From NCBI RefSeq assembly GCF_018350175.1, contig NC_058368.1, positions 9,362,001 to 9,426,000 on the forward strand: 64,000 bases of DNA. The letters run 5' to 3'. Below are positions 1 through 11,951 of this stretch, one piece after another. Positions within the stretch are counted from its first letter, which is position 1; each line of letters opens with the position of its first letter. Position numbers and translations under genes: made by a program. The notes beneath the pieces were generated by a model that was given only the letters and a program-made list of their open reading frames with translations, was not told the origin of the DNA and searched no databases. This DNA is from Felis catus. Taxonomy: Eukaryota.

Positions 1-200
1 GTGAGAACAGTTTCCTCCCCTTGTCCCTTCTGGCTGGGGTGGTAATGGCTTCTGCTGTTACTGCCCTGGAGGCCTGAGCATCCTTCGCTGGCTCCCTTAA
101 GCCTGGCCACCCTCAGTAAATAGTCAACCCAATTAACTTCCCTCGGATGAATCCTTTGAATGGGACGTCTCTTCTGCCCCCCTGCCTCCCCCAACCTGAA
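1..200 (+). mobile_element. ERVL LTR 3' fragment (LTR33-like), cut by window edge
   Basis: ggtggtaatggcttctgctgttactgccctgg...ccttaagcctggccaccctcagtaaatagtc resembles the LTR33-family 3' end; similar to 35690-36160. Confidence 0.5.
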
Positions 201-1451
201 TGATAAAGCCATGAACTGGGAGCACCTTGAGGGCAAGGCTCTGCCTGATTCATTTTTGACCCCCCAAACTTAACAGGGTGTCTGGCCCGTAATCAGATCA
301 GCCACAGACGCTTGTTAAGGAAACACTGAATGAAGGAAGAATAAATAAATCGCATGAGTGGATGATCTGGTAACCGCAACGGGGAATGAGTCAGTGATGT
401 CTTACAGCACAGTAACGGAAACGCAGCCCCCCCCCCCCCCCATTCCTGGAGGTGATGAGAATTTCAATAGGAGGGCAAGTGAAACGCTTCATTAAGATGG
501 CTCTGGCATGTCCCATGGCCAAACCACATGGCAGCGAAGGCGTCTGTCAGTTTGCATCTGCAGCTCCTCATTCAAGCCTCAGGAAGAGTAGCACCGTGCT
601 GGAAACATCCTCGAGCTTCCTGGCGGATAGAAGTCACACTATGTTTCTCTGGAATGCCAAGCGTGAAGTGAAAGGCAACTGGAGAGGCATGGCTCCTCTT
701 GTGTAGGTGGAACAAGAAAGGAGGAGGAGGAGGGAGAGCAGGCCATCGGCTATGAGGTCAGAGAAGAGAAAGACGGCTGTCTAATCCGGAATGTACCATC
801 TCCCTCTCTGATAGCTGCTGAGCATAGCCTACTCAAAGAGAGGGCGGATTTTAAGAGTGAATGAATCCCGTTCCTGACACGCACCTTCTCATGTGTGTCC
901 TCCATGGGTCCTGTCTAGGAGCAGAGCTACCGTTCAAGCAGGGATCTCCTTTGGGTAATCCTTTTTTGTGTTGCGGCCTGGAAAAGAACTGCCCATGTCA
1001 AGGCAATTCTCGAAAACGTCCTGCCCTTAGAGGACTCCAGAGGAGGTGGAGGTTGGGGCACTATTGGCCATCACGCCGGAAAGAGAGTACCAGGCTCTTA
1101 CTCTGTAGGAGGGGGACTGAACCTCTGTGATACGTTGGGTCTCATCTCCCCCGAGCCTCGTTTCATCAGCCCCCACGGGCCCGTGGCCCCGCCCACTTGG
1201 CTGTGGGCCCTCTGTGCCTGCCCTGCCCACTTCACCAGACCCCTGGGCTTCCATCACCAGTGGTTTGTTATGGGTGAAAACAACCCCATGGGTAACGAAG
1301 CTAATCAATGTTGGTCACAGCGTATTAGACTCTGTCAAATGATCTGTTTTGTCTTGATGCTTTAAAAGCTCTTTCCTGACCAGAGGCTGCCATCAGTTCC
1401 ACCAGAGTCGTGGGAGCGTTTGGATTCACAGCAATGGGACTGTCTAGCCAT

Positions 1452-1457
1452 TCCTTC

Positions 1458-1499
<42 letters not shown>

Positions 1500-1517
1500 C
1501 TCTTTCTCTCTTTCTTT
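1452..1517. repeat. (TTTC)n microsatellite
   Basis: direct tandem TTCC/TTTC/TC run. Confidence 0.95.
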
Positions 1518-1719
1518 CGCACATTCACTTACCCTTTAGGGAACCGTCTTCTCGCGGCCTCTGTGGATCTTATGATGTTACCTTCTCAAGAAGAATCTCA
1601 TCTATATTGAGCTGGACATTTGGGAACCAGTCCTATTACAGATATATTCAAGGAAGATGATTTCATTATCTCCCTAAATAATACACATCATCTTAAAGAG
1701 CCTTCTTTATTACAGTGTC

Positions 1720-1945
1720 TTAACCCATTTATCAACCGATTGATCGATTCGCCGGGCACTATTCTAAATGCTCTGCATGTTTTAACTCATTTCATCCTCA
1801 ACAGCCGTGATTTGCATACTATTGTCATCTATGTTTTCAGACTAAGACTCTCTGAGGCTCAGAAAGATTAAGTAACTTGCCCCAAATCGCACAGCCAGGA
1901 AGTGTCACAGATGGCGCTCATACTCAGGGGTCCCGGCTCCACAGC
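1720..1945 (-). mobile_element. MIR SINE
   Basis: tttaactcatttcatcctcaacagcc...tgaggctcagaaagattaagtaacttgccccaaatcgcacagc, MIR core. Confidence 0.75.
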
Positions 1946-2093
1946 CAATAAATAATGATCCACTGTATTCTCCTGTTTTGGGAAACAAATCTTTTATTCG
2001 GTATGATTTTACTGGAAACAGAGAATCCACTGGATAATGTATCCCTATACTACTTTTGTTTAGTACGATATCTTTATTTAAAAAAAGTGTTTA

Positions 2094-2300
2094 GGGGCGC
2101 CTGGGTGGCGCAGTCGGTTAAGCGTCCGACTTCAGCCAGGTCACGATCTCGCGGTCCGTGAGTTCGAGCCCCACGTCAGGCTCTGGGCTGATAGCTCAGA
2201 GCCTGGAGCCTGTTTCTGATTCTGTGTCTCCCTCTCTCTCTGCCCCTCCCCCGTTCATGCTCTGTCTCTGTCCCAAAAATAAATAAACGTTGAAAAAAAA
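2094..2300 (+). mobile_element. Can-SINE, young SINEC_Fc type
   Basis: ggggcgcctgggtggcgcagtcggttaagcgtccgacttcagccaggtcacg head, CT tract, A tail, TSD aaaaaagtgttta. Confidence 0.97.
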
Positions 2301-2884
2301 GTGTTTAAAGTGTGGTTGAAGGACACAGTAATCCATTCTAACAATGGAGGGAAAGTAGGCTGTGCTGTCTGTCAGGGGGATGGGTACTCAGTTGCCCCAG
2401 GGATTTCCTGAAAGGCGTGCAGGGATACGTTTGACTAGACATTGCTGGATCTTTGCTTCCGGTCCCTGTCTCAGAGCTCAACACTCACATCAGGCTGCAG
2501 TCCCAGCATGTTCTACAGGTGAAGTGTCAACGCTTATATCTGGTACAATTAGCACCGTGGCAAAGACAATTCTCTAGGACCACTGGATACTGCACCTCAA
2601 GCATCAAGGGCAGTCAGTGAATAGTTGTTAAACGAACGAATGGGTGCATGGAGGAAAATAGCGCACCGCCGAACTGAGGGCACAGGGAGCAGCTAGGAAT
2701 TCTTGCCTTCTAGGGAATGAACGCTCTCAGCTGTGCAGTGGCTTGGGGTAAGCGGGACACTGGGCTCCGGGGTTGGAGTAAAGATTGAGGCCTCAAGTTC
2801 AGGTCCAGGTTCTCGCAATGTGCAAAGACACCTGCTCTAACTCTACCCTGAGATCATGTTGTGGTAAAAAAAAAAAGATGGTGA

Positions 2885-3107
2885 GGGGAGCCTGGGTGGC
2901 TCAGTCGGTTAAGCGTCCAACTTCGGCTCAGGTCATGATCTCGCGGTCCGTGAGTTCGAGCCCCACGTCGGGCTCTGGGCTGACAGCTCGGAGCCTGGAG
3001 CCTGTTTCAGATTCTGTGTCTCCCTCTCTCTGACCCTCCCCCGTTCGTGCTCTGTCTCTCTCTGTCTCAAAAATAAATAAACGTTAAAAAAAAATTAAAA
3101 AAAAAAA
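2885..3107 (+). mobile_element. Can-SINE (SINEC_Fc family)
   Basis: full head, CT tract and A tail; TSD aaaaaagatggtgag. Confidence 0.97.
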
Positions 3108-3404
3108 GATGGTGAGGTTCTGAGACTTTGCAAAGTTAGTGTTTATGATGTTCCTGCGTTTACCCTTACTCGAGGATGTACCTAGTGTCCTGGAGAAGCG
3201 GTCAGTGTCCAGCTTGTGACTCTAGTGATTCGTGCTGGAGCAACATAGCTCTTTGGAAAGGCACAGTAGAACAAGTGTCATGTTTTCTGAAGCTAGATCG
3301 AGATCTTTCGCTTGTCAAACATATATACGGAGTCAGCCGAGCTCCAAAATGGTATTTGCCATCCTCCTCCCCCCAACAAAGACCCCTCACAAAGCAATTA
3401 AAAC

Positions 3405-3668
3405 TGTAACGTTGACTTCACAACACTAAACGATGGAGGCCACCCAAGTGTCCATCAACAGATGATGGATAAATAAAATGTGCTATGTGCGACACCATGG
3501 ATGAAACCTGAGGGCATTCTACTACGTGAAATAAGTTTGGGAAGACAAAAACGTTCCGCACGTTGGTGGCGTAACAACGCGCCTGTACTTAGCACCCTGA
3601 ACCGCATACTGACAGATGGTTGAGAAGGCAAGTTGTACGTTGCGTACGTTTTTACCGCAACTAACATC
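3405..3668 (+). mobile_element. old L1 (L1M) 3' end, internally deleted
   Basis: cccaagtgtccatcaacagatgatggataaataaaatgtg...catggatgaaacctgagggcatt...tgtacttagcaccctgaac. Confidence 0.75.
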
Positions 3669-4054
3669 GACAATTGCCGAATTCAAGTAAAATTGTCGTG
3701 AGGTCCAGTACAATGTTCCCTCTCCCACCACCAAGAACCCAGGTCCCGCCCACACAGACCAGTGGGCTTCCCTGCCTCGGGGGGGGGGGGGGCTCGAGGA
3801 CATTTTGGCCACCCTCACGTCCTTGAAACCTCACGTGCAGTGGCCTAAGGGAGTCTCCCAGTGATCCTTCGACTGCCCCACGCTGCGCGGACTACAAGCT
3901 GTAGAGCTGGCCTAGACTAAAGGGCTTGCTGTACGCAAAGCTCTTCAAACAGTGCCTGGCACGTAGGATTGACGGAAAGAAGAGGCTGCCTTGGGAGGAG
4001 CGACAACTTTATATTATGGCGTCTAAGAATTGAAAGAAAATTGATTTGTCATTT

Positions 4055-4393
4055 CTTTTTTTTTTTTTAAGGCAGACTGTCACAAGCAGCACCTCATTTG
4101 GATGTGTCTGGAGTCTTGGAAGCTTGGCTGTCCTACATTCTCCTACAAATGGGCCTTGAGAGCTTGATTGAACGTTCTAGCAGGGGAGCGCAGAACTCAG
4201 ATACGGTTGACCCGGCAACAGTCCTTCTCCATCGGGGAAGGTCATTCTCTGTGACTTAGCATGCAGCTTAGGGAGGGACACAAGTGGAATGGTGAGGGAG
4301 GAAGGGGACGCCCACCTGGCCAGCCAGGTCAGCCGAATCAACCCTGGAAATCAATGGTGTGACAGATGTCCCAGCCAGATAGGTCTCACCGCC
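4055..4393 (-). pseudogene. RN7SK: processed 7SK snRNA pseudogene, near full length, with poly(A)
   Basis: reverse complement follows 7SK end to end (atctggctgggacatctgtcac...gattcggctga...gcgctcccctgctagaac...cttccaagactccagacacatccaaatgagg...cagtctgcctt); roughly 80-85% identity by eye; poly(A) at 4055-4068; no PSE/TATA upstream. Confidence 0.95.
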
Positions 4394-4581
4394 TGATTGT
4401 TTTTTTTTTAAGTTGTGTTGACTTCAAAAACCCCAGACTTTCGCCCCATACCTCTTTGTCATGTCTAGGGGATATGAGCATTGTTTTGTTTATTTTGTTT
4501 CCATTTAAAACTGAGAAGCCGCATTGCCTCCACGTTTCATATTAACAACTTACAGTAAAATGTATTTATCATAAAACTCCA

Positions 4582-4803
4582 GGGGCACCCGGGTGGCTCA
4601 ATCGGTTGAGCGTCCGACTTCGGCTCAGGTCATGATCTCGCGGTCCGTGAGTTCGAGCCCCATGTGGGGCTCTGTGCTGACAGCTCAGAGCCTGGAGCCT
4701 GCTTCGGATTCTGTGTCTCCCTCTCTCTCTGTCCCTCTGCCCCTCATGCTCTGTCTCTTTCTCTCAAAAATAAATAAACGTTAAAAATTAAAAAAAAAAA
4801 AAA
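4582..4803 (+). mobile_element. Can-SINE
   Basis: head, CT tract, A tail; short TSD aaaactc. Confidence 0.96.
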
Positions 4804-4866
4804 CTCTAATCAACAGGAACATAGCTAAGAATCTTGAAAAGCTATACTCTGGGACCCAAGATGAAA

Positions 4867-4867
<1 letters not shown>

Positions 4868-4909
<42 letters not shown>
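4868..4909. repeat. (CA)n microsatellite
   Basis: about 21 perfect CA units. Confidence 0.97.
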
Positions 4910-4911
<2 letters not shown>

Positions 4912-5395
4912 ATAAAAATGTATATAAAAATTCTCCTTCCAGGGTTAAATTCCGAGATAGGTCCGTCTCCGGCCCACAGGCTTTCACCATAAGCCAGGGT
5001 GAGAAGAGAGAAATTTGGGTTCTGGCTCCAGCTAGATCACATGCAAGTCACTTTGCCCCCCTAGAATTCTCTTTCACTCTGGGTAAAATGGAATTATGAG
5101 ATTCACTCCTGCCCCTTCTCAGTCTGATCATCTGTAACTCTGTGATGTCACCATGCTATTCGCTGTGTTTATGCTGCCAGAGATAAGACAGGATCCTCGG
5201 TTGTCAAAGCAAGATTAGGAGAGGCTCAAAGTTCTTTCCTTGCTGGGCAAGAAAGTGGAATAGACCAACAATTTAGGAGGATTTTTAACAACAAGAGTTG
5301 AAATAAGGAGATATTTCTGTTTAATCGTCTTCCAGATGAAGTTTATATCTTCTGAGCATTTTTAAATTATGCTTTCTTTTAAATCGTTTAAAATA

Positions 5396-5619
5396 GGGGT
5401 GCCTGGGTGGCTCAGTCGGTTAAGCAGCCTGCTTCGGCTCAGGTCATGATCTCGCGGTCCGTGAGTTCGAGCCCCGCGTCAGGCTCTGGGCTGATGGCTT
5501 GGAGCCTGGAGCCTGCTTCTGATTCTGTGTCTCCCTCTCTCTCTGCCCCTCCCCCGTTCATGCTCTGTCTCTCTCTGTCCCAAAAATAAATAAAAACGCT
5601 GAAAAAAAATTTTTTTTAA
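5396..5619 (+). mobile_element. Can-SINE
   Basis: head, CT tract, A tail. Confidence 0.96.
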
Positions 5620-5849
5620 GTTACCAAAGTGAAATAAATCGGGTTAGAGTGAGTCCATTCGGAAACTTTATTTCATTTGAATCACAGACTCATTATGAAG
5701 TCAGAGCATTGCTCGTCTGATCTATGACAACTTCTAAGACCAGACTACCCTGGGGTCCTGCACCAGCTGAATGCAACGCCCTGCCCCCCCCCCCCAATGA
5801 AATAGGTTGTATGTTAGAAGGAGCAGCTAGGTGTGCAGGGGGTTATTAG

Positions 5850-6250
5850 AAGAAACAACTCACGCTGGCTCTGTGATGGAGGAAGGCTTCTAGAAGAGGT
5901 GGCAGCTGGGAGCATTCTTTAAAGATGGAGGGGACTTGGTAACTGGAGAAAGCGGAAAGGTCCAAAGCTGAGGAAACAGCATGAGCAGAGACCAGAGGTG
6001 TGGCCTTGTGCATTTGTTTAGGCTCCTTTTAGAACCGTAGTGGAGCAAAGAGTGATGAGGACGGATGGCCCTGGAAGAGTGAGAAAGAGAGAGAGAGCCG
6101 GAACGTAAGCGACCTTGAAGGCCACACTCAAGCGCTTGGTTTTCACTCGGTGGGTGATGGTGAGGTTTTGGAGAAAGGGAATGAGCGAAGCTTTAGGAAA
6201 GTAGCTCCATTGATGGTGTGAAAATAGAATAATTAAAGAGGAAGAAACTT
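5850..6250 (-). mobile_element. L2 fragment
   Basis: ggaaggcttctagaagaggtggcagctgg...gaggaaacagcatgagcagagacc...ccttgaaggccacactcaagcgcttgg, typical L2 antisense text. Confidence 0.6.
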
Positions 6251-6799
6251 CAGGGCATGCTACATTTGGTCCACAAGGTAAAAAGGAATCTTGCCCTATC
6301 AATCAATCCAAGTCAGGAAGAGAGTTCCAGCATGGAAAACTCCTTACTTAGATTTCGAATGCTGTATCACCGTTTGGGCCTTTTCCTAGTCCGGGAAGCA
6401 GGGTACTTGCTGGAATTTTCCAAGAATGTTCCTTTCATAAATGCTCATGTGTTAGTATTGAAAGCAGAGGTCTGACTTGGAGGCCCAGAGCTTGTGAAAT
6501 GCCTCTGCATGGTGTGCCTTCTCCTCTGGTTTCTAGCTTTATATTCATGGATTCCAGGAGCAGCTCTGGTATTATGAAAAAGCCATGATCAGCTGAAGTT
6601 GCCTGTGGCAGAGAGAAAGAAGACTAAGTTTCTGGGGGTGATGTGTGTGTGTGTCGGGGGGGGTGGTGTCTGTACCATGCTGGTCAGGTACAAATATACC
6701 TCCATCATCTCCATGAGCAATGGTTTTTGTCTCATTGGTTTTCATGCCCACGGAGTCCTGTCTGCAAGGCTATCGGAACCCATTTCACTTCTTTTGATT

Positions 6800-6914
6800 A
6801 ATTTATTTTTATTATTATTTTTTAAGCCGTCTCTATACCCACCACGGGGCGTGAACTTACAACCCTGAGGTTGAAAGTCCAGTGCTCTGCGGACTGAGCC
6901 AGCCAGGCGCCCCC
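6800..6914 (-). mobile_element. short old Can-SINE (tRNA-like head only), followed by a (TTA)n run to ~6948
   Basis: ggggcgtgaacttacaaccctgaggttgaaagtcc...ggactgagccagccaggcgcccc. Confidence 0.8.
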
Positions 6915-6915
6915 C

Positions 6916-6950
<35 letters not shown>

Positions 6951-9059
6951 TTTAAAACTTTGTTGGTATTCCACTTCCTTGGTCATTAGGCACAAAGACC
7001 TCTCCGCGGTGGTTAGTTGAATATGATATGACCGCACGCACTCTGGGCACTAGCTTTGGGGTGGCTGGTATTGACGAGAGGAAGTTTCTTCTCTCATCTC
7101 AGGGGATGTCTCCTCCCTCCAGCAGTCAGGTGTGCCAGGACTGGGATGGACACAACCCTCTCCGCCTGCGTCCCACCAGTTCACCTCTTCATGGATTTAT
7201 TCACCAAGTACTTACTGAGCCTTCACCGTATCAGGCACCACAGCAGGTACTCAGAGAGAGTGGGAGACAACCAGGCATGCTCCCTGCCTGCGAAGAAGTT
7301 CACTTTTAACCAATAACTCAGGCGTGGCTAGTGCGTACCGGGCGGGGGGGAGGACAGAAGCCACGGTAGGGTGGGGACACGGCTCAGGGGAGGGACAGGG
7401 GTTTGCTACGTGAAGTGAGGATGGCGAAGGAAGGTCAGTTCTGGGCAGACGAGAGCAAAGGCAAGGGTCTGCAGGAGACAGAAAGGGGGTGGTGAGGACC
7501 TGAAAGATATTGGGGGGATGGGGGGCAGGGCAAGCAGGGACCGCAGAGGCGGTGGACAGGCAGGCAGGTCCGTCACCGCTGTTCATATTAGTGACTGCGT
7601 AACTCAACTCAGATCACGTTCCTTAGCCTCCCCAGCTTTCATTCCCTCTCTGTATGATGAGATTAGGGGCAACAGACCCAGGCAGACCACCGAGGGAACG
7701 CTGACATAAGCGGAATGCTTGGTAACCAATAAATAATATGAATAACAGACAAGGTAGCGCATGGAGTTTGGTAAGTCCGAGTCCTATAAGCTACATAGCG
7801 AAAGATGTATATAAACTGCATGGGCTCAGTTTCCCATGAATATCCCTCTGTCTCCCATCCGATTCCGTTCTTCGAGGGTGGAGGTCAACGGCCCATTCTT
7901 CATCGTTTCCCTCCCCGAAACTTCCCCCGGGCTTGGCAAATGGTGGCTGCCCAGTCAATGTTTGTTGAGTGAACTTTGCTAAATTTTCACTCAGTCAGCC
8001 CAGGATGGGTGGGGCAATTCCCGCCGGCATAGGGTCACCAGGGACGTTTTGGGACTCACAGGATGGGAAAGGATGCTGAGAGGTTACCTCATCTATCTCT
8101 GCCTCCAGGCAAGCTCAGCAAAGCCCGACAAGAAAGATGAGCCTTGTTCTGCTTGCTAAGGAAGGAGAGGGAGTCTAAGGTGAATCCTTAACACTCCTCG
8201 TCAGGAAATCCTCCTTACAATTCATCTTAAAGCCCATGTATTGGTCATTACCGTGATAGCAGCACTTTAGCTGCTGGTTTTTATTATTATGGGATTAACT
8301 GAGATTGCTGTGCATGTCCCTAGAGGCTTTTTAAAGCAACTGTTTTAAAAATTGAAAGCACCGTCAGAGAGCAGAGCTAATAAAATGTGCTTGGTGGGTG
8401 TATCCTCTTTAGCAAAGTTGCATACCTCCAGCCCCCAGGACTGGTAAAAATTAAAGATTTTCCCATGCTTCAGCACGGGAAGAAAGACCAGCTTTGATTT
8501 TATCTTCCACAATTATTTGGAATCACCGTGTCACCGTGAAAAGGGGGGGATGGGGAAGGAAGAATGTCTAGCCCTCCCCTCTGCCCCATTTTCTTTTACG
8601 TGGCTAATGGAACCATTTCTTATAAAATGGCTTTTCATCAACACTAACTCCCAAGCTATGGATCTTTACTGAAATGTGTGAGCGTTGGTGGGCCGGATTC
8701 ATTTAGAGAATCTTTACATCATTAATTTAAATGATTGCCAAGCTAAATACATCGGACACATAACACAGAGGGTGTGGACCACCCAGTGGGAAAGTCGAAA
8801 GGGTGGTCTGGCCCCGGTCTCCGAATGTGGCAGGAAATATTCCAATCCCCACCCCCATTTCCAGCCACCACCCACCACTGACCCCCTATTCCTAGACCCC
8901 CAAGACCCTCCCTGCCAAACAAGCTCACTCTCTGCCCCAGAAGATTCTAAATGGACCTGCCTGTCAGGTAGAATGCACCTGACCACTTAAAACCCGGGTC
9001 TTCACCTTGTCTAATCCCATAAAACAGTCATGATATTCATGGATGTTGGCCACCTATCG

Positions 9060-9560
9060 GTCTAGACAGAATAGTGTGAAGAATGTTGACTTTGGTATTG
9101 GAAGGTCCAGGATTTGAATTCCACTCAGTTAACTTACTAGCTCTGTGACTCTAAGTTACCTACCACTTGAGCCTCGGTTTCCTCATCTGTAAAATGGAGA
9201 TAAAATAATGACTTCACAGGGTTGTTGACCTGACTAGATGAGCCCATGTATATAAAGCCCTGAGCACGAGGGGCACCTGGGTGGCTCATTTGGTTAAGCG
9301 ACTCACTCGCGATTTCAGCTCAGGTCACGATCTCACAGTTGGTGAGTTTGAACCCCCCCCCTCCTTTTGGGATCTGTGTTGACCATGCAGAGCCTGCTGG
9401 GATTCTCTCTCTCTCTCTCTCTCTCTTTCCCACATCTCTCTCTTTTTTTCTCTCTGTCCCTCCCCCATGCTCTCTCTCTCTCTCTCAAAATAAATAAATA
9501 AACCTAAAAAAATAAACAAATAAAGCACGGAGCGTGATACCTGGGCATGGTAGGTGCCCC
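9060..9560 (+). mobile_element. MIR interrupted by a Can-SINE
   Basis: gatttgaattccactcag...gagcctcggtttcctcatctgtaaaatggagataa; resumes after the SINE with cctgggcatggtaggtgc. Confidence 0.75.
9270..9521 (+). mobile_element. Can-SINE (older subfamily)
   Basis: head, long CT tract, A tail, degenerate TSD. Confidence 0.92.
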
Positions 9561-9650
9561 CAAAACACCTACCCTTATTTAACTTACCCCAAATGTACAT
9601 TTGCACGCCGACACCACGGGCAATGGAATGAACCCCAAAGGGTGTGGCGT

Positions 9651-9833
9651 GGGGCACCCGGGTGGCTCAGTCAGTTAAGCGGCCGACTCTTCTCATGGTT
9701 TGTGGGATCGAGCCCTGCGTTGGGCTCCGCACGGTCAGTGCTTGAGATTCTCTGTCCCTCTCTCTCTGCCCCTCCCCTGCTCCCACGCATGCACTTTCTC
9801 TCTCTCAAAATAAACTTAATAAAAAAAAAAAAA
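9651..9833 (+). mobile_element. Can-SINE (older, internally deleted)
   Basis: ggggcacccgggtggctcagtcagttaagc head, CT tract, A tail. Confidence 0.92.
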
Positions 9834-10259
9834 GACAACGCAAAAGGATGTGAGGTGATGTTTTCCCGTTCGAGGGGGCCACGCTGGGGAAACGAAGAAA
9901 GAGGTGCCCTCTTAGCACCTCTAAAACCCCTGCCCGTCGATTGCCACAGGCTCCTCTCTTAGACAACACACACCGATGCCCATCCCTCCTTAGGAGCATT
10001 CCTTCGCTTTCCCCTCCCTGGCATTCTGTGCCCCAAATGGGTTTCTGGGGCAGGTGAGGGCCGATTCCATTGCCGCTGTGTTTTTTCGGCCTCAGCGTGC
10101 TTCTTTCCTACCCTCCTGCTCTGCTCGCTCCTTCCTCCCCCCAGACGTTGGCTCAGTGGGCCGGGGTGACAGCCGCAACTTAATTGGCTGGGGACACAGA
10201 GACATAGACCAGTCCCCCTCCTCAAAGATCTCCAATCATGCTCGGGTTGGTAAGAGTTC

Positions 10260-10615
10260 AAAGCCTGTAATGGCTTCCCATCTCATTCCGAGTTTAAATT
10301 GTTTGGGGTCCTCCTCTGCCAGCCCTCCTTATTTTGGGGACCTCTGCTCCTCCTACGCTGTCCTACCCTGCTCCCCTGAGCTCACAGAGAGCCACGAAGG
10401 CTTCCTTGCTTCCCCTAGAGCATGCCAGCACACCCTCTGCCTCAGGGACTTTGCATTAGCTGTTCCGCCTTCCCCTACAAGTCCACATGACTTGCTCCTT
10501 CTTCTCCTTGGGAGTCTCTTCAAACACCACCCTCTTGGCTAGCCACGTTATTTCAAGTTGCAATTCACTACCCCCTCTCTTGCTTTGTTTCTCTCCGTAG
10601 CATATCATCCCACTT
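10260..10615 (+). mobile_element. L2 fragment
   Basis: taatggcttcccatctcattcc...tgcctcagggactttgcattagctgttcc. Confidence 0.6.
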
Positions 10616-10949
10616 CGCCCTCAGGCCATCCGCTCAAAGTTAATATCCCAACGGTAGGATCCCCCTGGTTTTTTAATACTTAAACATCAAAGAATATATG
10701 CACATCTCTCAAAGCAATATTTTCATCAGCTGCCGTTTATATGGGAGAAATGCATACGTCTGTCCCACCGGCTTAATGTGACATCTTCAATAAAATGATT
10801 TACGGCAGAAGCTTGAGTTACAGTCCACACACGGTAGGTAAAACGCCAGAAGCATGTGTACATGTTTTGAAAGGTATTCCAAGTGACAGCAGAAGGCTGT
10901 ATATCTTGACATTTCCCCACCCCTCCGGCCTCAGAATTCTTCCCTCGGT

Positions 10950-11257
10950 GACTAGCAACGCATCTCAGGAAATTGCCTCGTGTTTTGACTCTAAAAATAA
11001 AATTTTACTGCGAATTTCATCTTCATTTTTACCTAAAAATTATTAATTGACGGTATTTGCCGTGTTTATTTCCTATCACCCATCTTCAAGGTAATGCTTA
11101 TGACATGGCAGGAAACCGTACAAGTTCAAGCACACAGGGTGACTGCTAACAACCTGACTAACTGATTGGAGATCAAGGAGCAATGGTCTAAGCGTTCATA
11201 ATCATGTACTCTGTAGGTGTTAACTGTGTTTGGGTTACACGGCAGGAAATGAACTGG
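10950..11257 (-). mobile_element. possible Tigger-type (TcMar) DNA transposon end
   Basis: reverse complement cagttcatttcctgccgtgtaacccaaacacagttaac...gaccattgctccttgatctccaatcagttagtcaggttg recalls old Tigger termini; memory-based only. Confidence 0.3.
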
Positions 11258-11472
11258 AGGTTTTGGGGGGCTTGTAACAGATCATGACTTTCCCCATGAA
11301 ACAGAGGGCACGGTCCTTAGTTCTTTTGCTTGCTGTCTATCTGCCCCTCACTAAAATGCAAGCTCCATGTGAGCTTGGCCTTCGGTCCGTCTTGTGCCCC
11401 GCTGCCTCCTGGCACATAGTAGGAGCTCAGTAAGTACTTGGAGGAAATATTCTCTGGCCTCTTTGGGCTCTT

Positions 11473-11685
11473 GAAAAAAAAATTTTTTATTACCTTTTTT
11501 ATTTTTGAGAGGCAGAGAGAAACAGAGTGTGAGTGGGGGAGGGGCAGGGAGAGAGGGAGACACAGAATCCGTAGCAGGCTCCAGGCTGGGCGTGGAGCCC
11601 GGCGTGGGGCTCGAACCCTCGAACCGTGCGATCACGACCTGAGCCGAAGTCGGATGCTTAACCGACTGAGCCACCCAGGCGCCCC
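11473..11685 (-). mobile_element. Can-SINE
   Basis: antisense head and GA tract; TSD tgggctctt. Confidence 0.96.
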
Positions 11686-11951
11686 TGGGCTCTTCGGACC
11701 TGCTCGCCTCTGGGCACACATCTCCCACAGGGGCCTACATTGTGGGGAGGGGGTTCTCCCTCGGGCAAGATTGCAAAATCTACGCAGCTCTGTATGGCCT
11801 GTGGAAGATTCCTAAGGACCATAGAATATACCTTATCCAAGTAGTGTCATTGCAAAGCTCCGGATGTCTATGTCAACTAGAGAAAGAAGGCTGCTACGTT
11901 CACTGAGCACCAACCATGTGAAGAAATGATAACCACTCTCTGTATGCACCA

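Noticed and set aside
428..441. Poly-C/poly-G runs here and elsewhere as G-quadruplex elements
   Set aside because: Simple homopolymers common in felid assemblies; no specific evidence of function
4055..4393. Functional 7SK gene
   Set aside because: Too diverged for a highly conserved RNA, has poly(A) and a TSD, lacks upstream PSE/TATA
4593..4784. Recurrent peptide family MAQSV.RPTSAQVMISRSVSSSP in many ORFs
   Set aside because: Translations of Can-SINE copies, not a gene family
6800..6914. tRNA-like sequences (also 44590-44694 and all SINE heads)
   Set aside because: tRNA-derived SINE heads with A-rich tails; not intact tRNA genes
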